Position numbers and translations under genes: made by a program
Shown: in pieces, positions 9,806 through 20,193 of the stretch
Numbering within the stretch: the stretch's first letter is position 1
Layout: each line of letters opens with the position of its first letter
The notes under the pieces: generated by a model
Database searches by the model: none
The model's input: only the letters and a program-made list of their open reading frames with translations
Told to the model about the DNA's origin: nothing
Assembly: GCA_963529725.1 (NCBI GenBank)
Contig: CAUSAW010000001.1
Span: forward strand, 7,339-71,338
Reading direction: 5' to 3'
Source: an uncultured Kingella sp.
GTDB lineage: Bacteria; Pseudomonadota; Gammaproteobacteria; Burkholderiales; Neisseriaceae
Length of the DNA: 64,000 nucleotides

Positions 9806-10409
9806 ATGACGGTAGCGCGTTTGCAACAGATTTATTTGTATTATTCGTATGCAGTGTTGGCAGTGTTGCTGTTTATACTGTTGAAGCAAGATGATTTTGC
9901 TTTATATTGGGTGCTTTTTTATCCTTTGTTTTGCAATCATGCTATTTTTGACTTGGCGGATTGTTTAAAAAATCAGAAGCCTTTTTACGACAAATTTCTA
10001 CGCACTAATGTGCCTGCCACGCCATTTTATCTATTTGCTGCAATGGGCTGCCTGCTGTTTTTAGAATCCAATGATAAAGGTTTTAACTGGCTGCTGTTTA
10101 CGATTGGATTGTTATCGATAACGCTGCCCAATCTTTACTTTGCGCGACAATTTAACCACTTTGTCGCACAGTTGCCCAAAGCAACAAGGCAGCCTGAAAA
10201 ATGGTCAGTGGGCAGAAAATTGTTTTGGTTGATAACAGGTCTTGTGCCTTTGAGCATTTCTATCCTTTTATACGGCGTTTACACGAGATAACCAAATGGT
10301 ACAGGGCATAAATTTTGGCTTATTGACATTATTGATAAGCATTTTGATGTACCGCCATTTGCTGCTGCATTGGGGATTAGGGCAGCCTGAAAACACCCAA
10401 ACCAACTGA
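9806..10409 (+). pseudogene. Multi-TM hypothetical protein (paralog B) with +1 frameshift near 10265
   Basis: N-terminus MTVARLQQIYLYYSYAV matches paralog A. The +1 frame from 10266 gives FYTAFTRDNQMVQGINFGLLTLLISILMYRHLLLHWG, matching the C-terminus of A. Confidence 0.65.
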
Positions 10410-10548
10410 AATAGTTATGCCGCCCATCACAACAGCCTTTTCAGGCTGCCTTATTCATTACACCATCCCAACCGTTTAACCCATTTTCAGGCTGCCTAAT
10501 ATTCAATACTCCAAAGGCAGCCTGAAAACCACACACAAAGGACACCCC

Positions 10549-11478
10549 ATGAAAATCATCTTCGCAGGCACACCCGATTTTGCCGCCGCCGCGCTTAATG
10601 CCATCGCCGCCGCAGGCTTTGACATCCCGCTGGTGCTCACCCAGCCCGACCGCCCCAAAGGGCGCGGGATGCAGTTGCAAGCATCGCCTGTTAAACAAGC
10701 CGCGCAGGCACTCGGCTTGCGCGTTGAACAGCCTGAAAAACTGCGCGGCAACGCCGAAGCCATTGCCCTGCTGCGCGAAATGGATGCCGACATTATGGTG
10801 GTTGCCGCTTACGGATTGATTTTGCCACAAGACGTGTTGGACGCGCCCAAACATGGCTGCCTAAACATCCACGCTTCGCTGTTGCCCCGTTGGCGCGGCG
10901 CGGCTCCGATTCAACGCGCGATTGAAGCGGGCGACGCGGAAACAGGCGTGTGCATCATGCAAATGGACGCAGGGCTGGACACAGGCGCGGTCGTCAGCGA
11001 ACACCGCTGCCCCATTTTGCCCGGCGACACCGCCAACGAAGTGCACGACAAACTGATGCGCCTTGGCGCGGCGGCGATTGTGGCGGATTTGCAAACCTTG
11101 CAGCGCGAAGGCAGCCTGAAAGCCACCCCGCAGCCTGAAAACGGCATCACCTACGCGCAAAAACTCAGCAAGGACGAAGCGCAAATCAACTGGCAGGAAG
11201 ACGCGGCAACCGTGTCGCGCAAAATCCGCGCCTTCAATCCCGTGCCTGCCGCGTGGACGCTATGGCAAGGCAAGCCGATGAAAATTTGGGCGGCGGAAGC
11301 GGTGGCAGGCAACGGCGCAGCAGGCACGGTGTTGCAGGCAGACGCAGCGGGCATCATCATCGCCTGCGGCGCAAACGCGTTGCGGATTACCGAATTGCAA
11401 CCCGCAGGCAGCAAACGCATGACGGCGGCGGCGTTTTTAGCGGGGCGCGAGTTGGCGGTGGGCACGGCGTTTGCGTAG
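10549..11478 (+). CDS. fmt: Methionyl-tRNA formyltransferase
   Basis: MKIIFAGTPDFA, NIHASLLPRWRGAAPIQRAI. Confidence 0.97.
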   Translation: MKIIFAGTPDFAAAALNAIAAAGFDIPLVLTQPDRPKGRGMQLQASPVKQAAQALGLRVEQPEKLRGNAEAIALLREMDADIMVVAAYGLILPQDVLDAPKHGCLNIHASLLPRWRGAAPIQRAIEAGDAETGVCIMQMDAGLDTGAVVSEHRCPILPGDTANEVHDKLMRLGAAAIVADLQTLQREGSLKATPQPENGITYAQKLSKDEAQINWQEDAATVSRKIRAFNPVPAAWTLWQGKPMKIWAAEAVAGNGAAGTVLQADAAGIIIACGANALRITELQPAGSKRMTAAAFLAGRELAVGTAFA

Positions 11479-11623
11479 TTTAGGCAGCCTGAAAAGCAGT
11501 CGCCCGCATCATTTGAAAGCGTTAATCTTTAAACCTTGCCGCCTTGCCCGCTAAGCATTCAGGCAGCCTGAAAGCAAGTTTACGAGCTTCTGCGAAGCCA
11601 AAACCCAATCCCAAAGGAAAACC

Positions 11624-12880
11624 ATGTCCCTATCCCAAGTCCAAAGCCTTGCCGCGCACACCCTTGCCGCCGTTGCATCGGGCAAAAATCTGTCCGACGA
11701 GCTTGCCTACATCATCGCGCAAACGCCCGAACTTACCGCGCAAGACAAAGGCATGCTGCAAGACATCGCCTACGGCTGCCAACGCCATTTAGGCAGCCTG
11801 AAATTCATGCTCGGCAAAATGCTCAACAAGCCCATAGATAACGAAGCCCTGCAAAGCTATCTGCTCGTCGCCCTTTATCAGCTCAACCACACGCAAAACG
11901 CGCCGCACGCCGTGGTCAACGAAGCCGTGAACCACATCGCGCAAATCGGGCATGGGCAATACCGCTCGTTTGCCAACGCCATCCTGCGCCGTTTTCTGCG
12001 CGAAAAAGATGGGCTTAACAAAGCCTGTCGCTATGACGATGTTGCTAAACACAATTTGCCCGTTTGGTTACAAAAAACTCTGCAAAATCAACACCCAAAA
12101 CATTGGCACAACATCGCCACCGCTTTCCAAGCCCATCCGCCGCTCACGCTGCGCGTTAATCGCCGCCATGTCAACGCCGAGCAATATCTTGCCGCGCTGC
12201 ACGAAGCAGGGTTAAACGGCAAAATTTTGGACGACTACGCCATCCGCCTTGCCCAAGCCGTGCCCGTTGCCCAATTGCCGCGCTTTGCCGAAGGCTGGGC
12301 ATCGGTGCAAGATTTTGGCGCACAGCAAGCCGCCTATCTGCTTAATCCGCAAAACGGCGAGCGCATTTTAGACGCTTGCGCCGCCCCAGGTGGCAAAACA
12401 GGGCATATTTTGGAACTGGCCGATTGCGATGTAACCGCGCTAGACATCGCCCCCCAACGCCTGCAACGCGTGCAAGACAATCTCGCCCGCTTGCGTTTTC
12501 AGGCTGCCTTATACTGCGCCGATGCCCAAAATTTAAGCGATTGGTATAATGGCGAACCGTTTGACGCAATCTTGGCAGACATACCCTGCACCGCATCGGG
12601 CACCATCAAACGCAATCCCGACATCAAATGGCTGCGCCGCCCAACCGATGCCTACAAAACCGCCCGCCAGCAAGAACCCATGCTGGATGCGCTGTGGACA
12701 ACGCTCAAATCAGGCGGCCGAATGCTGTTGGCAACCTGCTCCATCTTTGAAGAAGAAAACCAACAGCAATGCCACCGCTTTCTCAACCGCCACCCCGATG
12801 CCCAATTGCGCACCGAAAAAATTCTTATCCCAAGCGAAAAACAAGATGGCTTTTATTACGCACTTATTGAAAAACATTAA
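11624..12880 (+). CDS. rsmB: 16S rRNA m5C967 methyltransferase
   Basis: NusB-like N-terminus; LDACAAPGGKT, PCTASG, ATCS motifs. Confidence 0.95.
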   Translation: MSLSQVQSLAAHTLAAVASGKNLSDELAYIIAQTPELTAQDKGMLQDIAYGCQRHLGSLKFMLGKMLNKPIDNEALQSYLLVALYQLNHTQNAPHAVVNEAVNHIAQIGHGQYRSFANAILRRFLREKDGLNKACRYDDVAKHNLPVWLQKTLQNQHPKHWHNIATAFQAHPPLTLRVNRRHVNAEQYLAALHEAGLNGKILDDYAIRLAQAVPVAQLPRFAEGWASVQDFGAQQAAYLLNPQNGERILDACAAPGGKTGHILELADCDVTALDIAPQRLQRVQDNLARLRFQAALYCADAQNLSDWYNGEPFDAILADIPCTASGTIKRNPDIKWLRRPTDAYKTARQQEPMLDALWTTLKSGGRMLLATCSIFEEENQQQCHRFLNRHPDAQLRTEKILIPSEKQDGFYYALIEKH

Positions 12881-13571
12881 TCGCGTTTTCAGGCTGCCAC
12901 AAACATTCAAACGCAGCCTGAAAATGAGCAGCGCGAGTTTCAGCGAAGCTAAAATCCCATCCATCCCAAGCCAAAGGCAGCCTGAAAACCAGCAAATGCC
13001 GTTTTCAGGCTGCCTTCGCGCACTCATCATCAGCGCATTATTCATCGCCCCCGCCATACACGCCGAAACCATCAGCGCCACCCGCTCCGAAGCCCAAATC
13101 CAAGCCAACGGGCAACTCACCATCAGCACCCGCTTTCAAACCGAGCTGCCCGAGCAACTGCAAAACGCCCTGCAACAAGGCGTGCCACTAGATTTCACCC
13201 TATCCTATCGCCTAGAACGCCCCACGCTTGCTTCCTACCGCTTCAAAATCAGCCAGCTCATCAACACCGCCAACAGCGTGAACTACCGCCTAAGTTTCCA
13301 CCCGCTCACCAACCGCTACCGCGTGTCCGTTGGCACATTTACCACCGAATACAACAGCCTGAACACCGCGCTCAAAGCCGTCGGCGCGATTGCCAACTGG
13401 CACGTGCTCAACGAAGGCGCATTGTCCGACACGCCCGCCAGCGAAGTCAAAGCCCAAGTTAAGCTCAATCTCACCACCACCCGCCTGCCCAAACCTTTCC
13501 AAATCAACGCCATCAATTCGCGTGATTGGGATTTGGATTCGGGCTGGCAGGATTTGGTGATTAAGCCGTAG
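12846..13571 (+). CDS. DUF4390 family exported protein, with an in-frame repeat insertion in its signal peptide
   Basis: Lies between rsmB and ntrY; STRFQTELP...GVPLDF...LPKPFQINA...WDLDSGW; start MAFITHLLK overlaps the rsmB end. Confidence 0.8.
   Translation: MAFITHLLKNINRVFRLPQTFKRSLKMSSASFSEAKIPSIPSQRQPENQQMPFSGCLRALIISALFIAPAIHAETISATRSEAQIQANGQLTISTRFQTELPEQLQNALQQGVPLDFTLSYRLERPTLASYRFKISQLINTANSVNYRLSFHPLTNRYRVSVGTFTTEYNSLNTALKAVGAIANWHVLNEGALSDTPASEVKAQVKLNLTTTRLPKPFQINAINSRDWDLDSGWQDLVIKP
12886..13015. mobile_element. 130-bp DUS-bounded element flanked by TCGCG direct repeats
   Basis: TCGCG at 12881-12885 and 13016-13020; four DUS-like copies inside; removing 135 bp restores a clean signal peptide. 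Confidence 0.55.
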
Positions 13572-13634
13572 GTGGGGTGGACGTGGTTTAGATGTTTTGT
13601 CCAAAGGCAGCCTGAAAACGGTTTTGCTGTTCCA

Positions 13635-13940
13635 TTCAAAGGCAGCCTGAAAACAAGCAATGCGCGTTTTGCGAAACTGAAACCATAAAACAAACTAACC
13701 ACGCATTTTTGTTTTCCTATCCAACCCTTTTTCAGGCTGCCTAACAGCCATGTTTACTTACAAAGGCAGCCTGAAAACCACATTACTCGCCTTACTCAAA
13801 GGCAGCCTGAAAACAAGCAAAGCGCGTTTTGCGAAACTGAAACCATAAACTAGACAACCACACATTCTTGTTTTCCCATTCATCCCATTTTCAGGCTGCC
13901 CATCAGCCATGTTTGTTTAACAAAGGCAGCCTGAAAACCC
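13635..13940. repeat. Degenerate ~160-bp tandem duplication containing DUS
   Basis: 'AGGCAGCCTGAAAACAAGCAAwGCGCGTTTTGCGAAACTGAAACCATAAA...CAGCCATGTTT...CAAAGGCAGCCTGAAAACC' occurs twice. Confidence 0.8.
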
Positions 13941-13962
13941 AAACCCCAAAACCACCCCCACC

Positions 13963-16089
13963 ATGCAAAAATTCCTAATCTTCTGCGGCATCCTCTCCTT
14001 CATCGCCCTCTACGCCCTCAGCCAATCCACCGACAGCAACAGCCCCTACGCCCCCTACTTCTGGACAATCGCCAGCTTCACAGGCGCACTCGCCATCACC
14101 ATGGTCATCGTAACCCTGCGCTACATCTGGCTCATCGTCCGCGACAAACGCAACCACGTTTTCGGCTCACAAATCGCCCGCCGACTCTCCACCATGTTCG
14201 CCATCGTCGCCGCCCTGCCCGCCCTATTCCTGCTCGGCGTCGCCGCCCAATTCATCGCCCACAGCATCAACTCATGGTTTGGCAACGACACCAAAGAAGC
14301 CCTAGAACGCAGCCTGAAACTCAGCCAAAGCGCGCTAGATAACGCCGCCAGCAACAGCGTGCAAGAAGCCCAACGCATCCGCGCCAACCTAGCCACCGCC
14401 CTTGTGCAAAGCAAAGCCCCCTACGAAGCCTTCCAAACCCAGCAAGCCCGCACATTCAGCCATCTTGCCCTGTGGCAACTAGACGACCACCAACTCATCG
14501 CCGAGCGCAATCCACAAAAACTCCCCGCCCCCGATTTTGACCCCAGCACGCTCAACACCCTACGCCAACAACAAATCATCCGCAGCATAGAAAACGTAAA
14601 TGGCACGCTATATGCTGCTGGCTGGATAATGTTGCCAAAATACGTCAGTAAAGAATACATCTTCTTTTTCAGGCAGCCCATCCCCGAAAACGTCGCCAAA
14701 GACGCCGAACTCATAGAATCCGCCCGCGCCAAATACGCCGAGCTCGTCTTCGCCCAAAAAGGTCTGCAAACCTTTTTTATCGCCACGCTTATCATCGCCA
14801 CCCTACTCGCCATCCTATTATCCATCGCCGCCGCGCTCTATTTCGCCCGCCGCTTCGTTGAGCCCATTCTCGCCCTAGCCGATGGCGCACGCTCCGTCGC
14901 CCACAACGATTTCAGCCGCCGCATCCCCGTAACCAGCCACGACGAACTGGGCAAATTATCAGGCATGTTTAACTACATGACCCAGCAACTTGCTAACGCC
15001 AAAGCCGCCAACGAGCGCCACCACAAAGAACAAGAAGCCGCCCGCCACTACCTAGAACGCGTGTTAAACAGCCTTAACGCAGGCGTAATCACTCTAGACT
15101 ACTCAGGCAGCCTGAAAACCTACAACGCCAGCGCCCAACAAATGCTAGACATCAATCTCACCCACCACATCGGCGAGCAAACCAGCGCATGGCACGATTT
15201 AAGCCCTCAACACCACGCCGCCGCCGACCTGCTCAACGCCCTGATTGCCAGCGAACACAGCCCTGACGCCGTAGAACTCTCCTACACCGCCCAAGACAGC
15301 AGCCGCATCCTGCTGGGCAAAGCCATCCGCCTGCCTGCCGAAAACGGCAAAGGTCTCGTGCTCGTGTTTGACAACATCACCGAGCTAGTTCGCGCCCAAA
15401 AAGAAGCCGCGTGGGGCGAAGTTGCCAAACGTCTCGCCCACGAAATCCGCAACCCACTCACCCCCATCCAACTTTCCGCCGAGCGTTTGGCATGGAAATT
15501 GCAAGACAAATTGGACACAAAAGACGCACAAATCCTAACCAAATCCACCGACACCATCATCAAACAAGTCGCCGCGCTCAAAGAAATGGTAGAAGCCTTC
15601 CGCAACTACGCCCGCGCACCCAGCCTGAAACTTACCAAAACCAACCTTAACGCCCTTGTTTCCGAAGTTTTAGTGCTTTATGAAAGCAGCCCCTGCCATT
15701 TCATTGCCGATTTAAGCCCCCATCCCGCATGGATACAAGCCGACACCACCGCCATGCGCCAAGTGCTACACAACCTATTCAAAAACGCCGCCGAAGCCGC
15801 CGAAAGCGACCCGCAGCCTGAAACGCACATTCAAATCTTGGTACACGAGACCACCATCAGTCTCACCGTAACCAACAACGGCAAAAGTTTCAGCCCACAC
15901 ATGCTGCAAAACGCCTTTGAACCCTATGTTACCGACAAGCCCACAGGCACAGGACTGGGCTTGCCCGTAGTCAAAAAAATCATAGAAGAACACGGCGGGC
16001 ACATCAGCCTAGCCAACCAAATCCCATCTGGTGCAAGCATTAGCATTACACTACCTAAGATAACAACAATAGAAGCAGAAAACTCATGA
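13963..16089 (+). CDS. ntrY: NtrY-like sensor histidine kinase (HAMP/PAS)
   Basis: AAWGEVAKRLAHEIRNPLTPIQLSAERL H-box; FEPYVT..GTGLGL. Confidence 0.88.
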   Translation: MQKFLIFCGILSFIALYALSQSTDSNSPYAPYFWTIASFTGALAITMVIVTLRYIWLIVRDKRNHVFGSQIARRLSTMFAIVAALPALFLLGVAAQFIAHSINSWFGNDTKEALERSLKLSQSALDNAASNSVQEAQRIRANLATALVQSKAPYEAFQTQQARTFSHLALWQLDDHQLIAERNPQKLPAPDFDPSTLNTLRQQQIIRSIENVNGTLYAAGWIMLPKYVSKEYIFFFRQPIPENVAKDAELIESARAKYAELVFAQKGLQTFFIATLIIATLLAILLSIAAALYFARRFVEPILALADGARSVAHNDFSRRIPVTSHDELGKLSGMFNYMTQQLANAKAANERHHKEQEAARHYLERVLNSLNAGVITLDYSGSLKTYNASAQQMLDINLTHHIGEQTSAWHDLSPQHHAAADLLNALIASEHSPDAVELSYTAQDSSRILLGKAIRLPAENGKGLVLVFDNITELVRAQKEAAWGEVAKRLAHEIRNPLTPIQLSAERLAWKLQDKLDTKDAQILTKSTDTIIKQVAALKEMVEAFRNYARAPSLKLTKTNLNALVSEVLVLYESSPCHFIADLSPHPAWIQADTTAMRQVLHNLFKNAAEAAESDPQPETHIQILVHETTISLTVTNNGKSFSPHMLQNAFEPYVTDKPTGTGLGLPVVKKIIEEHGGHISLANQIPSGASISITLPKITTIEAENS

Positions 16090-17384
16090 GAAGTACAGAC
16101 ATCTTAATCGTCGATGACGAAATTGGAATCCGCGAAGTATTGCAGGAAACTCTTGAAGATGAAGGCTACACCGTTTCGCTCGCCGCAAACGCAGGCGAAG
16201 CGCGTGCCATGCGCAACAAAAACCGCCCAGCCCTTGTGCTGCTGGATATTTGGATGCCCGATAGCGACGGCATCACCCTGCTCAAAGAATGGGCAAAAAA
16301 TGGGCAGCTCACCATGCCTGTGATTATGATGAGCGGGCACGGCAGCATTGACACCGCCGTAGAAGCCACCAAAATCGGCGCGATAGACTTTCTAGAAAAA
16401 CCCATCCCCTTGCAAAAACTCTTGCAAGCCGTGGAACGCGCGCTCAAACAAAACGAATCCGAAAACAGCCAAAACGCCGTGATTGAAGGCTTGGGCAACA
16501 GCGCCGTGATTCAAACATTCAATCAGCAAGTCAAACAAGCGCAAACACACAATAGTGCCGTGCTGCTTATCGGCGAAACAGGCTCCCCCTTTGAAATCAT
16601 CGCCCGCTTTTTCCATAAAGAAAACACTCCTTGGGTGCAGCCCACGCGCCCCGAGCAAATTATTGATATTCCTAGCGAACTGCTCAACAAAGCCACCAAC
16701 GGCGTACTGTATTTGGGCGATATTTCGCAATTTGGCAAAAATATCCGCCAAGGCATCGCCTTTCTCGTCAATAAAGCCGATAAACACAACACGCGCATCG
16801 TGTTCACCAGCTCGCGCCCGCTCAACGAACTTTTGGATAATTCGCAAAGCGATACTCGCCTAATGAGCGTGCTATCCAGCGCAATTATCAACATCCCATC
16901 CTTGCGCCAGCATTCCGAAGACATCCCCTTTATCGTCAATAAGCTACTCAACGAAATATCGCCCAATCGCTCAATCAAATTTGCCACGCCCGCCATGAAT
17001 CGCTTGCGCCAATACGACTGGCCAGGCAATTTTGAACAATTAAAAAACGTGGTTAACAGCTTGGTATTGAACTGCGAACAAAACGAAATCAGCGAAATCG
17101 CCGTTTCTCGCCTGCTCAACCAATTCAACACCGACGAAACCTTCTCCGATATCCGCAGCGTATTCAATTTCAACCTTCCCTTGCGCGAACTGCGCGAAGA
17201 GTTGGAACGACGCTATTTTGAATTCCACATTCGCCAAGAAAATCACAACATGAGCCGCGTTGCACAAAAAGTTGGGCTGGAACGCACCCATTTGTATCGC
17301 AAACTCAAACAACTTGGCATCACCTTCTCGCGCCGCACCGCCAGCAATGGCGAAAAAGAAAGCAGCAACGAAGAAGCCGCATAA
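16086..17384 (+). CDS. ntrX: NtrX-like response regulator (REC, degenerate AAA+, Fis-type HTH)
   Basis: ILIVDDE, LLDIWMPDSDG, YDWPGN, GLERTHLYRKLK; ATGA overlap with ntrY. Confidence 0.88.
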   Translation: MRSTDILIVDDEIGIREVLQETLEDEGYTVSLAANAGEARAMRNKNRPALVLLDIWMPDSDGITLLKEWAKNGQLTMPVIMMSGHGSIDTAVEATKIGAIDFLEKPIPLQKLLQAVERALKQNESENSQNAVIEGLGNSAVIQTFNQQVKQAQTHNSAVLLIGETGSPFEIIARFFHKENTPWVQPTRPEQIIDIPSELLNKATNGVLYLGDISQFGKNIRQGIAFLVNKADKHNTRIVFTSSRPLNELLDNSQSDTRLMSVLSSAIINIPSLRQHSEDIPFIVNKLLNEISPNRSIKFATPAMNRLRQYDWPGNFEQLKNVVNSLVLNCEQNEISEIAVSRLLNQFNTDETFSDIRSVFNFNLPLRELREELERRYFEFHIRQENHNMSRVAQKVGLERTHLYRKLKQLGITFSRRTASNGEKESSNEEAA

Positions 17385-17419
17385 GACATCAACCCGTACC
17401 ATTGGATGCGGGTTTTGCG

Positions 17420-17752
17420 TTTTCAGGCTGCTGTGTATTTTCAGGCTGCCTTAGGCTTGGGCGATGTTATGGATTTGGTTAAACCATACTGTGCAATTGG
17501 TATTGAGGCAGCCTGAAAACCATCCTTGCTTATCCATTTTCAGTCTGCCTTAAACGCTAAATATGTCGCAAAACTTGGTGAAACATCATGCTGTGCAAGC
17601 GCACTATTAAGGCAGCCTGAAAACACAAATTCACATCATCTCTTGTTTACAAAATTCCCATCATTTTCCCCAAAGGCAGCCTGAAAAGCATCTCTACCCC
17701 CCCATTTTCAGGCTGCCCCAAATACAAAAAAGGCAGCCTGAAAAGCTGCCTT
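17420..17752. repeat. Intergenic DUS array with ~100-bp degenerate duplication and terminal hairpin
   Basis: About eight DUS copies; units 17439-17520 and 17536-17623 share 'TTGGT.AAAC...CTGTGCAA...TATT.AGGCAGCCTGAAAAC'. Confidence 0.65.
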
Positions 17753-17772
17753 CTATTATTCACGCCAACGGT

Positions 17773-18909
17773 TTACTTCAACTCGTTATACAAATCGCGC
17801 AACCATTTATTCGCACGCGCATCATTCAACGGTTGCCCCGTTTGGTCTAGCAACACAACACGCTGCCCATTAGTCTCTTGCACCAAGCCCACATATAACT
17901 GCGCAGGTTGATTCGTGGTAGTTGGCTGTGCCACTTTTTTGCTCTTAAACCAGCGACCCAACAAACCAGGTTTGCGATTATCTGCCGCCGCCTGTGCCAA
18001 CGCTTCGCTTTGTGTTGGCGCGGGACGCACGATAAACATACCGCGCTCGCTCACAAACTGCTGAACCGTTAAGCCGATGCGGTCAAGCGCAGAAGCAATG
18101 CGGTTCACATTGCGCTCTGCCCCGCCATACACGATAACGCTGTTTTGCTCCAACTTCGCAAACTCCGTGCCCTGCGCTTGGTCTGAGCGAACCGCTGTTT
18201 GCTGTGTTGCAACCGCTTCATCTACGCCCAAATATTGCATAAAGCGCGATAAGAACGCGGCTTCCAAACTTGGGTCATTAGCACGCGGCTGCCAAATGGT
18301 GCTTTCTTCTTTTTTGCTGTTGTAAACTTCTTCCAAGCCTTTGTGCGTAAAGAAAATATCCAAATCGCCTGTGCGGCTGTTGCGCTCTATGCGAATCAAG
18401 AATTTATCGCGCTCGCTGGTGGTGTACACGCCACCCATGCCCACTTTGTCAAACAATTTGCGCAAACCTTGGTTTGGCAATTTGGCGCGGTTTTCCGCCC
18501 ATTCGGTTTCCATCAAGCCTGCTTGTGGCTCTTCGGAATAAATGGTGAAACCCGCTTCCTGCCAGAACGCGCGCAGCAAAGGCCACATTTCAGCAGCAGA
18601 TTTGTTTTTCACCACCAGCCAACGTTGATTACCTTGGCGCTCAATGTGCGCGTCTTTTACTTGGGTCAAGACTTTTTTTCTGCCCTGCGATTGCGTTTCT
18701 TTCAACGCATTGGGGCTAGCAGTCGTGCCTTTGGGTAACGTATATAAATCACCATTACGCGGGTCATTTAAATCGGGCGGAACTTCCAAACTCACAATTT
18801 TATTGTTTTCAGATTGGTAATCCAGCTTCGGCGCTTCTTTCTTGCTACCCGAACAAGCGGCAAGACTAATAGTGGCTAGGACTAAAACAAGGGGTTTGAT
18901 GTGGTTCAT
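17773..18909 (-). CDS. bamC: Outer membrane assembly lipoprotein BamC
   Basis: LAAC lipobox, LEVPPDL, GLMETEWAENRAKLP; downstream of dapA. Confidence 0.9.
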   Translation of the reverse strand: MNHIKPLVLVLATISLAACSGSKKEAPKLDYQSENNKIVSLEVPPDLNDPRNGDLYTLPKGTTASPNALKETQSQGRKKVLTQVKDAHIERQGNQRWLVVKNKSAAEMWPLLRAFWQEAGFTIYSEEPQAGLMETEWAENRAKLPNQGLRKLFDKVGMGGVYTTSERDKFLIRIERNSRTGDLDIFFTHKGLEEVYNSKKEESTIWQPRANDPSLEAAFLSRFMQYLGVDEAVATQQTAVRSDQAQGTEFAKLEQNSVIVYGGAERNVNRIASALDRIGLTVQQFVSERGMFIVRPAPTQSEALAQAAADNRKPGLLGRWFKSKKVAQPTTTNQPAQLYVGLVQETNGQRVVLLDQTGQPLNDARANKWLRDLYNELK

Positions 18910-18927
18910 GTACACCTTCCAGAAAAA

Positions 18928-19803
18928 TCAAATCAAGTTGGTTGCTTTTAAGGCAGCCTGAACTTTTTCTTGCGCAGCTGAACTCAATGGCAAGATAGGT
19001 AAACGAACGTGTTCAGCGCACACGCCCAATTGCGATGCTGCCCATTTAGGCGCTGCGGGGCTAGGCTCGCAGAACATCACGTCATATAAAGGAACAAGCT
19101 GTTTATTAAGCGCGCGGGCTTGGGCAAGGTTGCCATCCAATGCGCTGTGGCACATTTGCGAGAACAATTTAGGCGCAACATTGCCCGCCACGTTAATCAC
19201 GCCTTTGCCGCCGCAAAGCATATTTGCCATGCCAGTTGGATCGTCGCCAGAATAAACGGCAAAACCTTCGGGCACGCTGTTAATCAAAGAAACCACGCGC
19301 CCAATATTGCCACTGGCTTCTTTCACGCCCACGATATTGGAAAATTGCGCCAAGCGCACGATGGTTTCATTGCTCATATCCACAACGGTGCGCCCTGGCA
19401 CGTTGTAAATAATCATAGGAATGGTGGTTGCTTCGGCAATGGCTTTGAAATGTTGATAAATGCCCTCTTGCGAAGGTTTATTGTAATAAGGAACAACGGA
19501 CAAAGTGTAATCTGCGCCCAGTTTTTCTGCTGCTTTGGATAGCTCAATCGCTTCGCGAGTGTTGTTCGCGCCCGTGCCTGCGATGATAGGAATGCGCTTG
19601 TTGGCAGTTTTGATTACGGTTTCAACTACTTTCAAATGCTCATCAACGGCAAGCGTGGCAGATTCGCCCGTTGTGCCGACTGCGACAATGGCATCTGTGC
19701 CGTTGGCGATATGCCATTCAACTAGAGCTTGCAATTGTTCGTAATTCACGCTGCCATCGGCGTGCATGGGAGTAATGAGTGCAACAATGCTTCCTGTTAG
19801 CAT
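18928..19803 (-). CDS. dapA: 4-hydroxy-tetrahydrodipicolinate synthase
   Basis: GTTGES, PYYNKP, YNVPGRT, GVKEASG. Confidence 0.97.
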   Translation of the reverse strand: MLTGSIVALITPMHADGSVNYEQLQALVEWHIANGTDAIVAVGTTGESATLAVDEHLKVVETVIKTANKRIPIIAGTGANNTREAIELSKAAEKLGADYTLSVVPYYNKPSQEGIYQHFKAIAEATTIPMIIYNVPGRTVVDMSNETIVRLAQFSNIVGVKEASGNIGRVVSLINSVPEGFAVYSGDDPTGMANMLCGGKGVINVAGNVAPKLFSQMCHSALDGNLAQARALNKQLVPLYDVMFCEPSPAAPKWAASQLGVCAEHVRLPILPLSSAAQEKVQAALKATNLI

Positions 19804-20027
19804 GATATTCACCTTTGTTGTGAAAAATTGAAAAACGTTGCAACGTGTGCAACGGCGCATGATTTTAGCCTATTTCCAAGCGTGGACAAAATTAAAACAC
19901 ATATTCAGGCAGCCTGAAAGCTATTTTTGTAAATAAACGTAAATATTTTGCGGCACAAAAAGGGCTATTGATAACAATCAGCAATCATTTTCAAATTAGT
20001 TATTTGATGTTGCTATGAATTTTGCGG

Positions 20028-20046
20028 GATAAAAATGCTTATCATC
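20028..20046. promoter_or_regulatory. Possible Fur box upstream of bfrA
   Basis: GATAAAAATGCTTATCATC matches 13/19 positions of GATAATGATAATCATTATC. Confidence 0.4.
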
Positions 20047-20193
20047 TTAAATCCATAGGCAGGGCATTGTTGATAATTGTTTGTATTTTAATATGAAATT
20101 TGATTTTTACTGAAACATTGCTACAATGCGCTCCGCGTTGAGACGTGATGTCTCTCTCGTTTTTTAACATTCACATTACCAAGGAAAATAAAT

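Noticed and set aside
12549..12845. N-terminal extension of the 340-aa ORF overlapping rsmB
   Set aside because: It is an out-of-frame read-through of rsmB; the plausible start is 12846.
13963..15700. Strong C-over-G skew as a replication origin or terminus signal
   Set aside because: The skew follows the coding strand (minus-strand genes such as recD show the mirror pattern), so it reflects codon bias.
16500..17100. NtrX AAA+ domain lacking GAFTGA and a proper Walker A, suggesting a pseudogene
   Set aside because: The frame is intact with REC and HTH domains; a degenerate AAA+ domain is known for Neisseriaceae NtrX.
20140..20167. GAGACGTGATGTCTC hairpin plus T tract in the bfrA leader as a riboswitch or attenuator
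   Set aside because: The stem is short and weak and is separated from the T tract; there is not enough evidence.
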